Source of the DNA: a virus
Length of the DNA stretch: 45,986 bases
Direction: 5' to 3' (one strand)
IMG/VR virus record: IMGVR_UViG_3300014888_000001
Span: 1 to 45,986 of that record
Within the stretch, counting starts at the first letter, position 1, and every line of letters starts with the position of its first letter. The notes beneath the pieces were generated by a model. It had not been told where the DNA came from, searched no databases, and worked only from the letters and a program-made list of their open reading frames with translations. The translations under genes and the position numbers were made by a program. Shown piece by piece: positions 6,944 through 14,368 of this stretch.

Positions 6944-7521
6944 AACTTGCCGCCGAACTTAACGAAGGCATCGCGCATCTTCGTATGATAAGCATTAACT
7001 GCGAAACCGGCGCCGTTGTAGAGCCGGGCAACCGTTTCCCAGTCATTTCGCTTCAGTGCAGCTACGATATTCGGGTTGACTCTCAGAAAGCGGGTTGCCA
7101 GCTCAAGCTGTCCCTGGTCCGAATAGGCGGCGTTAACCAGCGACTGCACGCTGTCATAACCCAGCAGTTTCCAGTGGAAACCCATCACCTGAAAGGCTCC
7201 CCAGCTGCATGACTCCAGAGCGGACTTTCTGTCGATTGTCACGGCGCGCTGCAGTTTCGGGTGCTGTGCTGACAGCTTGCCGTACCCACCTGGCGAAGTG
7301 TTGCATATATCAGGGTCAGTTTTTGATACCGTATGGGCAAATGCCTTTCCGCGATTGGTGGTCAGCTGTCGATAGAAGATGTGTCGCTCGAAGAGAATCT
7401 TCACTTCTCCTGTCGGCAGGAAGCCATCTCCGCTGGACTCAACCTCCGCAAAGGCCTTGATGTGAGCAACTGACACGCCTAGCGAATCTGCGGCGCGCTG
7501 GTAGTCTTTTTCTGTAAGCAT
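6940..7521 (-). CDS. Endolysin, N-acetylmuramidase family (DUF3380/PF11860-like)
   Basis: Start trimmed to MLTEKDYQ (ATG 7521, GAGG SD). FAEVESSGDGF...ILFERHIFY...SWGAFQVMGFHW...LYNGAG motifs. Confidence 0.8.
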   Translation of the reverse strand: MLTEKDYQRAADSLGVSVAHIKAFAEVESSGDGFLPTGEVKILFERHIFYRQLTTNRGKAFAHTVSKTDPDICNTSPGGYGKLSAQHPKLQRAVTIDRKSALESCSWGAFQVMGFHWKLLGYDSVQSLVNAAYSDQGQLELATRFLRVNPNIVAALKRNDWETVARLYNGAGFAVNAYHTKMRDAFVKFGGKL

Positions 7522-7528
7522 GATTACC

Positions 7529-7918
7529 TCATTCTTGACGGCGGTCCAGGCCAGGAGCGGTGGTCTCTCGCCTGATGGTTTCAGTGATTCCTTTGATGAC
7601 TTCCGGGGCGTTATCGACGTTATGGAGGGAGCCACTTTGCCTGGCGAGTAGTGTGACAATGGCGTCAGACATCACACGATGCTGTTCAGTCCTCTGCCGG
7701 TCAAGTCGTGACATCTCATCATCACGTCGCTTGCGTGAGCGGTAGGTAAGCCACGCGAAGAACAGGCCGCCGAAAGTGCCAATGATAAATATAACGTTGT
7801 GCGGATTAAGAAGGGTGCCGACGCCACTGAGGACGCTGGTTGCTCCGCTGGTATAGGTCGATACCGGAGAGTGGATGATATCCGCTGCCCGCTGACCTAC
7901 GATGTCGGATAGCCTCAA
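7529..7918 (-). CDS. Single-TMD membrane protein (holin candidate), TTG start
   Basis: 129 aa. TM VIFIIGTFGGLFFAWL followed by RSRKRRDDE. GGAG 8 nt before the TTG. First gene of the lysis cassette. Confidence 0.5.
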   Translation of the reverse strand: MRLSDIVGQRAADIIHSPVSTYTSGATSVLSGVGTLLNPHNVIFIIGTFGGLFFAWLTYRSRKRRDDEMSRLDRQRTEQHRVMSDAIVTLLARQSGSLHNVDNAPEVIKGITETIRRETTAPGLDRRQE

Positions 7919-8006
7919 TCGCGATTCTCCGGTCTGAAGGGTAAAGTTTAGTTAACAGATGGAGGGTATCACGGAAGGGTATTTTTACGCCAGAAAATGC
8001 TTGAAG

Positions 8007-8036
8007 AAAAGCCCGCGATGTGCGGGCTGGTTTTTT
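8007..8036. terminator. Hairpin terminator after gene 8036..8599
   Basis: AGCCCGC-gatgt-GCGGGCT at 8010-8028. T6 on the plus side, TTTTCTT on the minus side. Confidence 0.5.
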
Positions 8037-8599
8037 CAGTTGTCGAACCAGAACACAATTCTCAGATCTTCCGCTTCAATCCCATCGAAGCCAGCAATAA
8101 TTTCTTCAATGCCACTGCCCAGGATAAAGCTCATAGGAACATCAATGCTAAAATTAACATATTCACTCATGTTGGTGGATTGGCAATATGGGTAGATAAC
8201 CATCCAGTTAGGCTCTGGCTTCTTAGCTTCTTCCTGTACTTTCGCCCATTGATCTCGATGCATCATACCATTGATGGTGGCTTTATCGTTCTTCACGATT
8301 TCAAAGGCAGCTTTAAGTTCACCGATGGTCAGGTAGCTATGGCTGTGACCATCAGCTCCCCACGCTTCACAGCACTTTTTTACCTCAGCAGATGCATCAG
8401 AAGGCATACCCTTGACATCGAATGACTTTTCGTGATGACGGCGCGTGCCTTTTGAAATGAAGCCAAACAGGTTGTAATTGCGGTCGCCGTAGTTACTTCT
8501 TTCGCAATAAAGCTCATCTTCTTCATTAGACCAATCATCAGCGGTTACCCACTGGCCGTTTACCTTCTTTTCTTTGAATAAATGAATATCACAGCCCAT
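8036..8599 (-). CDS. Hypothetical protein (187 aa, N-terminus MGCDIHL...)
   Basis: ORF track. GAGGGTGATAAAATG SD. Confidence 0.7.
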   Translation of the reverse strand: MGCDIHLFKEKKVNGQWVTADDWSNEEDELYCERSNYGDRNYNLFGFISKGTRRHHEKSFDVKGMPSDASAEVKKCCEAWGADGHSHSYLTIGELKAAFEIVKNDKATINGMMHRDQWAKVQEEAKKPEPNWMVIYPYCQSTNMSEYVNFSIDVPMSFILGSGIEEIIAGFDGIEAEDLRIVFWFDN

Positions 8600-8639
8600 T
8601 TTATCACCCTCAACGCCGCACCATTGCGGCTTGGATAAA

Positions 8640-8682
8640 ATAATACCCGCACTTGGCGGGTATGGTTATGCATAAAGTGCTA
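8640..8682 (-). promoter_or_regulatory. AGCAC-box promoter-like cassette A
   Basis: Sense: TAGCAC-tttat-GCATAACCA-17 bp-TATTAT. The spacer forms ATACCCGC-caagt-GCGGGTAT. Confidence 0.55.
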
Positions 8683-8922
8683 TCAGGAATATTTCTGCAG
8701 TATCTCGTTAATCCTGAGCCTGACGTCCATATCAACCACATTTCCGTATGATTCCTGCAGAATATTAATCACATCATCAGGAAGTCGTTGAGTGTTGGAA
8801 TAAAAAATAACATCATCGGGGTTGTTTTTATCCATTCTCATCGCGACAAAATCCGCATCGCCGTTAAGCATGTCTGATAGCTGCTTTCGTGCTACATAAG
8901 CGGTCATTGCTCGGTCTGGCAT
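8683..8922 (-). CDS. Hypothetical protein (79 aa)
   Basis: ORF track; co-oriented. Confidence 0.6.
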   Translation of the reverse strand: MPDRAMTAYVARKQLSDMLNGDADFVAMRMDKNNPDDVIFYSNTQRLPDDVINILQESYGNVVDMDVRLRINEILQKYS

Positions 8923-9011
8923 AAGTCATCCCCGACTGTGTGAATTTAACTTAACTCTATACGTATTTATTGACGAAGGTATCGGTTAATTCCTAATCGG
9001 ATTAATCTGCA

Positions 9012-9434
9012 TCAAAAATGAGTGCCACCACGATTAACAGGCCAGCAAACGCCATCAAAAGGGTCGGGGTCATATCTTTTAGGCTCCTCAGCCTTGCGGG
9101 TTTCTGCGTAGTTGAATCCAGTCTCGCTCGCCAGTAGTTTAGACGCGTTATCAGGGTGCAATGATACGACACTTGCCGCATCCTTGAGCGCATACTTTTT
9201 GGCAGCCATGCTGATGAGCATCCTGGTTCTTACTATCCTGACGTAATAACTTATTGGTGGCATGTTGTGGTGGATTATAAAATTCCTCAGGGTGAAAATG
9301 TTCCAGTTAAGAAAATTGCACAGGCGTGTAGCATTGCAGCGGCCTTGCTCCACAGCCTCCTCTATCTTCTGCATAAATTCATGTCGTGTGAGTCTGACTC
9401 CGCCACCAACGCTGATTCTCGGTTCTTCGCTCAT
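9012..9434 (-). CDS. Hypothetical protein (140 aa)
   Basis: ORF track. ATGA coupling with the upstream gene. Confidence 0.6.
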   Translation of the reverse strand: MSEEPRISVGGGVRLTRHEFMQKIEEAVEQGRCNATRLCNFLNWNIFTLRNFIIHHNMPPISYYVRIVRTRMLISMAAKKYALKDAASVVSLHPDNASKLLASETGFNYAETRKAEEPKRYDPDPFDGVCWPVNRGGTHF

Positions 9435-9676
9435 CGTTTAAACTCCCGAGCCTGTTTAATCACATCTTTTATGGTAATGCCCCCAACTACGCCAGGGATA
9501 ACCCGCGCGTTCTGGTGTGATAATTCATGCAACACGCTCACCTCTCCGCCTGCGTGAATCTCGATGTCTTTAATGGCGTCTTTGCCAAAGCAGCGCACGA
9601 TGGCGCTGATTCCTTCGGTTAATCCTGCTGAGTCCGCGTGCTGGCGGACGGAGGTGGGGCCGTGGTTGATTTTCAT
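9431..9676 (-). CDS. Hypothetical protein (81 aa; start trimmed to MKINHG)
   Basis: ATG 9676 forms an ATGA overlap with the stop of 9673..9963. Confidence 0.55.
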   Translation of the reverse strand: MKINHGPTSVRQHADSAGLTEGISAIVRCFGKDAIKDIEIHAGGEVSVLHELSHQNARVIPGVVGGITIKDVIKQAREFKR

Positions 9677-9963
9677 TTGAAGTCCTGCCCCCAAAACTCA
9701 ACGTTCTTGCCATCAACTTGCATCGCGCCAGCCAGCCATGAGTTCGCCTCATTGAAAGCACGTTCTGCCTTCTGTTCCTGGCTCAGCCAGTTGAAGATTA
9801 CTGCACGCTGCGCATTTCGGCGAGCTTCGTTCATGTGCTTATGGTCAACGGCGTATTCTTCACGATTGTAACGGACTGCAAGCTGCTCGTGAGATGCTGT
9901 TTCCGGGCATAGTGATTTCGGATCAGCCCAGTATTTTTCGCGAAGTTGGTTAATTGTCAGCAT
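9673..9963 (-). CDS. Hypothetical protein (96 aa; start trimmed to MLTINQL)
   Basis: ATG 9963 is preceded by a GAGGAA SD. Confidence 0.6.
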   Translation of the reverse strand: MLTINQLREKYWADPKSLCPETASHEQLAVRYNREEYAVDHKHMNEARRNAQRAVIFNWLSQEQKAERAFNEANSWLAGAMQVDGKNVEFWGQDFK

Positions 9964-10004
9964 TTTTGGTTCCTCGATAATGCCCGGCAAACCGGGCTGT
10001 ATTT

Positions 10005-10211
10005 TTACCACTCGCTCATGCGCATGACATCTTTTTTAGAGTAAGACTTCCAGCCGGTGAATGATGCATTGTCAGGCTTAAGAAGGACATTGAAATCATG
10101 TCCACGATCAACAATTTCCAGCACCTCAAAAGAGCAAGGGCAAGAAACCCCAGCATGGAAAACATCACCAGCAACGAGTTCAGATACTTTTTTAAGAATT
10201 AATTTTTTCAT
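10005..10211 (-). CDS. Hypothetical small protein (68 aa; start trimmed to MKKLILKK)
   Basis: ATG 10211 is preceded by a GAGGGT SD. The track's upstream extension runs into cassette B. Confidence 0.6.
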   Translation of the reverse strand: MKKLILKKVSELVAGDVFHAGVSCPCSFEVLEIVDRGHDFNVLLKPDNASFTGWKSYSKKDVMRMSEW

Positions 10212-10258
10212 TTGTTTACCCTCAATAATTAGCAGCACCTCGCCGCTCCATGCATACA

Positions 10259-10301
10259 AATATACCCGCACGCGGCGGGTATGGTTATGCAAATCGTGCT
10301 A
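10259..10301 (-). promoter_or_regulatory. AGCAC-box promoter-like cassette B
   Basis: Sense: TAGCAC-gattt-GCATAACCA-17 bp-TATATT with hairpin ATACCCGC-cgcgt-GCGGGTAT. The TAG of the box is the stop codon of 10299..10526. Confidence 0.55.
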
Positions 10302-10526
10302 TTTTGACTGCCCCTCAATGTTTCTGAGTATTTCCGACACGCATGAGTTCCAGATTGCTGCCAAGTCACGATTGCTAAATTTGACATCAACATAATCTTC
10401 TGCAGACTTTCTTGGTGGAACCAGCTCCCGGTTAGTCTCAGCTGAGTATTGCGCACTTTTAGCATTGCTTTCGCACTCTGCTTTGAGGGTGGCTATCTCC
10501 TGCTTCAGTCCATCTATATTCTCCAT
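10299..10526 (-). CDS. Hypothetical protein (75 aa)
   Basis: ORF track; abuts the HNH gene. Confidence 0.6.
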   Translation of the reverse strand: MENIDGLKQEIATLKAECESNAKSAQYSAETNRELVPPRKSAEDYVDVKFSNRDLAAIWNSCVSEILRNIEGQSK

Positions 10527-11024
10527 TTAAATCCACTTGAATTCACCATGAAGATTTTCCGCCGCCGCACAGTAAGCTGCGTAAGCCTCTTGCGGAGTTG
10601 AGAAATATCCAAGCCAGTAGCTTTTCCCCTGCCTGCCAATTCGAGCAGTCCATTTGCCGCTTTTCTTGTGTGGATGAACACCTTTGTAACCAGATGAGTT
10701 GTTCCGGTTCATTCCTCGGTTGCATTGGTTATCAGACCTAGAGCAATCACGAAGGTTTTCAATTCGGTTGTCTGTTTTTACGCCGTTAATATGGTCAATT
10801 TCTCCGGCCGGCCAAGTTCCATAAAAAAGGAACCAAGCCATCCTGTGAGCTTGTATCCTCCTGCCTAATACTTTTACTTGCAGGTGGCCTGTGCCACAGG
10901 TGATCTCCGCTCTTTGTCCAGGAGTGTCTCTCCTCCTCTTTGTTACCATGCGATATATCTCTCCGGTCTCTGCGCTGTAACTGAAGCAGCGCAGAATCTC
11001 TGGTGAATAATCCACTTCACTCAT
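10527..11024 (-). CDS. HNH homing endonuclease with an AP2 DNA-binding domain
   Basis: AHRMAWFLFYG...EIDHINGVKTDNRIENLR (HNH_3-like), then SGYKGVH...GKWTARI...YWLGYFSTPQEAYAAY (AP2-like). Confidence 0.8.
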   Translation of the reverse strand: MSEVDYSPEILRCFSYSAETGEIYRMVTKRRRDTPGQRAEITCGTGHLQVKVLGRRIQAHRMAWFLFYGTWPAGEIDHINGVKTDNRIENLRDCSRSDNQCNRGMNRNNSSGYKGVHPHKKSGKWTARIGRQGKSYWLGYFSTPQEAYAAYCAAAENLHGEFKWI

Positions 11025-11077
11025 CTGTCATCTCCTGTGCAATGCCAGCCTTTCGACTGGCGATATTAGTTAGTTGT

Positions 11078-12256
11078 TTACCACTGAACAGCCAGTCCAG
11101 CGCCTACTGTCCACTGCTGCTGTGAATCATTACCTACTGACACCTTTCCGATGACTGAATCAGTCAGCTGAGAGGAGAATCCAACAGCTACCGCCTGCTC
11201 ACTTCCGCGCTGGCCCACTCCTACACCGGCAGAGAAGCGAGCGCCACCACTTACTTGCGGGATATTTGAAAACGCTGCTACTGCCGCAATGCCTGCATTA
11301 GCACTACGCTTGTTCTCATCAATGCGCTTATCGATATCAGAGAAGCGAGATGACGTATTTCGCTCAAGTTCGCCCAGGCGCTGCTCATGGTTGGCCAGTG
11401 TACGGCTGTGTTCTGCTACTCGCTCATTGGTGCGACGGATTGACTGACTGTTGGCCGCCGCATTGCTGAATGCCTGGTCAGCGCGTGATGCAGCATAATC
11501 GCCGGTGGCCTGCGCCTGGCTGATGCCCGCTGACAGTTGCACAACCTGAGATGCGCGGGTGCGAGCTTCCTGGCTGATAGCTGCGCTGTTCTGCGCGTCG
11601 CCGTCGATACGCTGCTGGCGGTCAGATTCCATCTGGCGATCCTGCACGCGCTGGCCTTCTTCCAGCTTATCGGAACGCACCTCTACGGCACCCACACGTC
11701 CATCCAGTACGCCCGTTTGTTTTTCGATACCATCCATACGAACAGCACCGGCGTCCGCTTTTTCGTGTGCCTGCTGGATCACAACATCCTGCCCGGCGTC
11801 ACGATCAGACTGCACGGCGGCGCCTGCGGTAATCCGCGCGCCCAGCGCATCATCGCCAGCTTTACGATCAGCATCGGCACGGGCAACCTTAACGTCAGTA
11901 TGAGAAACAGCGGTCTGATATGCTGAAGTAGCTTTCTTATCAGCGTAACCCTTAAGGTCGACTGACTGTTTTGCATCGATACCAGCCTGAGCTGTCACGG
12001 TTGCCGCCAGTGCTTTATCCTGACGCTGCTGATCGGAAGTGAATACTGACTTATCCAACTTATCGGCCTGCAATTTTCCAATGTTCGCACGGTCTTCAAG
12101 GCCCCATGATTCAGAGTACTTGGAGTTGACATTCATATGTGTCTGATGCAAGCCTGCTTTAAGGTCATCAATCTGCTGCTGAACGCCGTTATTTCCGGTT
12201 GCCTGAACTGCTCCTGATGCCATCATTACTGCCACTGCGATTAATGTTACTTTCAT
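11078..12256 (-). CDS. Trimeric autotransporter-like outer-membrane protein (signal peptide, coiled-coil stalk, YadA-type anchor)
   Basis: MKVTLIAVAVMMASGAVQA signal. Long Q/A/D/R-rich stalk. C-terminus NAGIAAVAAFSNIPQV...FSAGVGVGQ...AVAVGFS...VGAGLAVQW ends in an aromatic residue. Confidence 0.75.
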   Translation of the reverse strand: MKVTLIAVAVMMASGAVQATGNNGVQQQIDDLKAGLHQTHMNVNSKYSESWGLEDRANIGKLQADKLDKSVFTSDQQRQDKALAATVTAQAGIDAKQSVDLKGYADKKATSAYQTAVSHTDVKVARADADRKAGDDALGARITAGAAVQSDRDAGQDVVIQQAHEKADAGAVRMDGIEKQTGVLDGRVGAVEVRSDKLEEGQRVQDRQMESDRQQRIDGDAQNSAAISQEARTRASQVVQLSAGISQAQATGDYAASRADQAFSNAAANSQSIRRTNERVAEHSRTLANHEQRLGELERNTSSRFSDIDKRIDENKRSANAGIAAVAAFSNIPQVSGGARFSAGVGVGQRGSEQAVAVGFSSQLTDSVIGKVSVGNDSQQQWTVGAGLAVQW

Positions 12257-12303
12257 TTCTCATCACCCTTTGTTTGCCGGGGCACCGCGCCCCGTTGATG
12301 TGT

Positions 12304-12345
12304 AATATATCTGATTAAGGATACTATGTTTAGCAAAAAGTGCTA
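12304..12345 (-). promoter_or_regulatory. AGCAC-box promoter-like cassette D (upstream of the autotransporter gene)
   Basis: Sense: TAGCAC-ttttt-GCTAAACA-17 bp-TATATT. The TAG is the stop of 12343..12528. A GGGGC/GCCCC hairpin follows in the leader. Confidence 0.55.
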
Positions 12346-12528
12346 CCCGCGATGATTGAATCCAAGACAGCAATCCAGCGTGCGGACAATGCCATAACCA
12401 GACAGCACCATGCTGAGCGTTAGTACAGATGCCAGTGCTGCATCATCGGTGAGGCCATACCAGATAGCTGACAGAGTGAAACCGCAGCTACAGGTGATGA
12501 TTGATGCAAGATATGCCAGGTTGATCAT
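12343..12528 (-). CDS. Small membrane protein (61 aa)
   Basis: Hydrophobic throughout (LAYLASIITCSCGFTLSAIWYGL...). ATGA coupling upstream. Confidence 0.55.
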   Translation of the reverse strand: MINLAYLASIITCSCGFTLSAIWYGLTDDAALASVLTLSMVLSGYGIVRTLDCCLGFNHRG

Positions 12529-12860
12529 TTGTCCATCTCCACGTACTGACGCATGTCGCGCATGATAAGGTCGTACCTTTTCGACAGGTCGCTCTCTGGC
12601 AAATACTCATCCTCAATCGACATATCCAGATCTTTGCTGAACTCCCATGCCGAAGTGTCATCCATGCCAGCGCCAGAGGTGAGGGCGTGCGCAATCATGC
12701 CGCGAGTGATGAATACATCAAGATTGTTCGACATAATCTCTCCGGCCTGCTGAATGTATGCGCTGGTATAGCGTGTTTCTGTACTCTTGCGTGACTGCAT
12801 GATAAGCCAGTCGAGTTCGGTGTCTGCAAATGCCATCGGTGCTGCTGGTGTGCTGTTCAT
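12525..12860 (-). CDS. Hypothetical protein (111 aa)
   Basis: ORF track. AAGGAG SD before ATG 12860. Confidence 0.65.
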   Translation of the reverse strand: MNSTPAAPMAFADTELDWLIMQSRKSTETRYTSAYIQQAGEIMSNNLDVFITRGMIAHALTSGAGMDDTSAWEFSKDLDMSIEDEYLPESDLSKRYDLIMRDMRQYVEMDK

Positions 12861-12886
12861 GTGCTATCTCCTTAAATGATGAAGCC

Positions 12887-12929
12887 AGCATAATAGCTGG
12901 CTTTAAAGTTGGTTAGGCAGAAAGTGCTA
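12887..12929 (-). promoter_or_regulatory. AGCAC-box promoter-like cassette C
   Basis: Sense: TAGCAC-tttct-GCCTAACCA-17 bp-TATGCT. AAGCCAGC/GCTGGCTT hairpin. The TAG is the stop of 12927..13448. Confidence 0.5.
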
Positions 12930-13448
12930 TTCAATTTTCACGCCGGGGATTTCACCGGCTGCGATGGCGTCGTAGATTAAACCAGCCGTGACCTCTAAAA
13001 GAACAGCGCTGCAATTAATCATTGCCTTGATAGCTTCATCACGCTTGCGCTCTGCTTCGGTGCGGATAGGGCGGAACCGATCTGTCCTCTCAGCAAGGCA
13101 ATAAACTACCTCATAGCCTAAATCGGTTCTTTCGGTGACGACGTATTTTTCACCTACAAATTTAATTACGACAGGGTTCCACTCATCGCAGTCGAAAAGC
13201 TCACATTCACAACCGGCCGGAGGCAGACCATCGCCAGACCACTCATCCTCCTTTGATGCTGCAAGAGCGGCCTCGTATTCACCTTTGTAAATGCGATGAT
13301 TTGAGCTCTTGTCAGTGAAATACAGTGTTCCATTAAGTTCCTTTGTCCAATACCCGCAGGGCAACTTCATGCGCACGGCTGAGTCGATAGTTTTGGGCCA
13401 GCCCCCTGACTTATTAAATTCAGGAACTAACAAATCAATCAGTTTCAT
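12927..13448 (-). CDS. Hypothetical protein (173 aa)
   Basis: ORF track; 4-nt overlap with the upstream gene. Confidence 0.65.
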   Translation of the reverse strand: MKLIDLLVPEFNKSGGWPKTIDSAVRMKLPCGYWTKELNGTLYFTDKSSNHRIYKGEYEAALAASKEDEWSGDGLPPAGCECELFDCDEWNPVVIKFVGEKYVVTERTDLGYEVVYCLAERTDRFRPIRTEAERKRDEAIKAMINCSAVLLEVTAGLIYDAIAAGEIPGVKIE

Positions 13449-13660
13449 TTCTCATCTCCAAATTCAAGTTCATAAGCCCGCTTAGCGCTGGCAATAATAT
13501 CCTGAAGGTCTTCTTTTCGGTCTTTATGACCACGCTCGCCAGGCTGCAATGCCTTCTTCACCAGGTGAGAAAGCGCTGGGTTTGATACTTCCCATGCATG
13601 CAACACCATGTAAACGTCAACCCATACGCCTGGCGCAATCTCCCGCATATATTTATTCAT
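13445..13660 (-). CDS. DUF3310-like small protein (71 aa)
   Basis: VDVYMVLHAW...LVKKALQPGERGHK...DLQDIIASAKRAYELE pattern recalled from the DUF3310 family. Confidence 0.5.
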   Translation of the reverse strand: MNKYMREIAPGVWVDVYMVLHAWEVSNPALSHLVKKALQPGERGHKDRKEDLQDIIASAKRAYELEFGDEK

Positions 13661-14054
13661 AAGTCACATCAACATGGCTGCCATTTGTTACTGCTGGCGT
13701 GTTGTCATTCCATGAGTTAATCTCACGGCACTCAACTTCTTTGTTGCTGCCGACCAGAAGCCATAACTTACCCTGACGAAGGCTTGAGTTTGTGAAGCTG
13801 ATTGCAGCTTCTTCGCCTTTCTGGTTTGCAGCCCGCAGCATAGTGACCATATCGCCTCCGCCCATATTAGGGATTGAAATGGCCTCTTTTCCGAACGGAT
13901 ACGGTCGGCCATCGACGATCATCTGAGTGCCGGCGCTGTCATCGTGAGAGAATTGCACCACTGACTTTCCGCACTGCAGGTTAGAGTGAAACACGTTGGC
14001 GCTGGCGCCGAATGATGCGACTGTGATGACTACTGCTACGATTAACTTTTTCAT
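13653..14054 (-). CDS. Secreted or periplasmic protein (133 aa)
   Basis: Sec-type signal MKKLIVAVVITVASFGASA|N. ATGA coupling with the upstream gene. Confidence 0.65.
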   Translation of the reverse strand: MKKLIVAVVITVASFGASANVFHSNLQCGKSVVQFSHDDSAGTQMIVDGRPYPFGKEAISIPNMGGGDMVTMLRAANQKGEEAAISFTNSSLRQGKLWLLVGSNKEVECREINSWNDNTPAVTNGSHVDVTYE

Positions 14055-14368
14055 TCACTTACCTCGAATTTAATTTGTTTAAGTTGTTTAACTCTGCGTT
14101 CGAGCGATGCAATCTCCTTCCTGCGCATCACCTCGGCCTTTGCTACTGCCTGCCGCTCACTTAGCTCGAACTCACCATTTTTGTAGTAGTCCGTTGAAGT
14201 GAATGCTACCTTACCTCCGGCTTCTAGTTTTGCGTTTTCGTGCTGTATCCCACGCGTGAGCGAATATTTCGTTATCCAGATATCAGCAAATATTTCATCA
14301 GCACGAGCCACTGCACATGCAGCAATCAGCAGAACAGGAGCGCCGATAGCCACGCAACACCACTTCAT
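14051..14368 (-). CDS. Putative lipoprotein (105 aa; start trimmed to MKWCCV)
   Basis: ATG 14368 overlaps the primase stop (ATGA). MKWCCVAIGAPVLLIAA|C is lipobox-like. Confidence 0.55.
   Translation of the reverse strand: MKWCCVAIGAPVLLIAACAVARADEIFADIWITKYSLTRGIQHENAKLEAGGKVAFTSTDYYKNGEFELSERQAVAKAEVMRRKEIASLERRVKQLKQIKFEVSE

Noticed and set aside
6940-7659. Over-long track starts: endolysin 239 aa, Tfa 24427..24996, 10005..10292, 9673..10011, 16931..17668, 36351..36872, 14051..14425 and 14365..15309
   Set aside because: The upstream extensions overlap the preceding gene or a promoter cassette and lack an SD. Internal ATGs with GAGG-type SDs or ATGA/TAATG coupling give the compact arrangement used in the feature table.
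9002-9193. Alternative-frame ORF ending in a hydrophobic peptide (MTPTLLMAFAGLLIVVALIFDAD), overlapping the 3' end of 9012..9434
   Set aside because: It is only a 23-aa plausible segment with a GAGGAG 10 nt upstream. It is fully overlapped by a longer co-directional ORF, and the evidence is insufficient to call an overlapping gene.
11537-11976. Long antisense or alternative-frame ORFs inside the autotransporter gene. Similar shadow ORFs occur at 22113..22502, 22817..23353, 23783..24256, 24946..25212, 34804..35142, 37726..38106, 41337..41972 and 41662..42252
   Set aside because: These are shadow ORFs opposite or overlapping well-supported genes. They are low-complexity, lack an SD and are inconsistent with the block-wise strand organisation.
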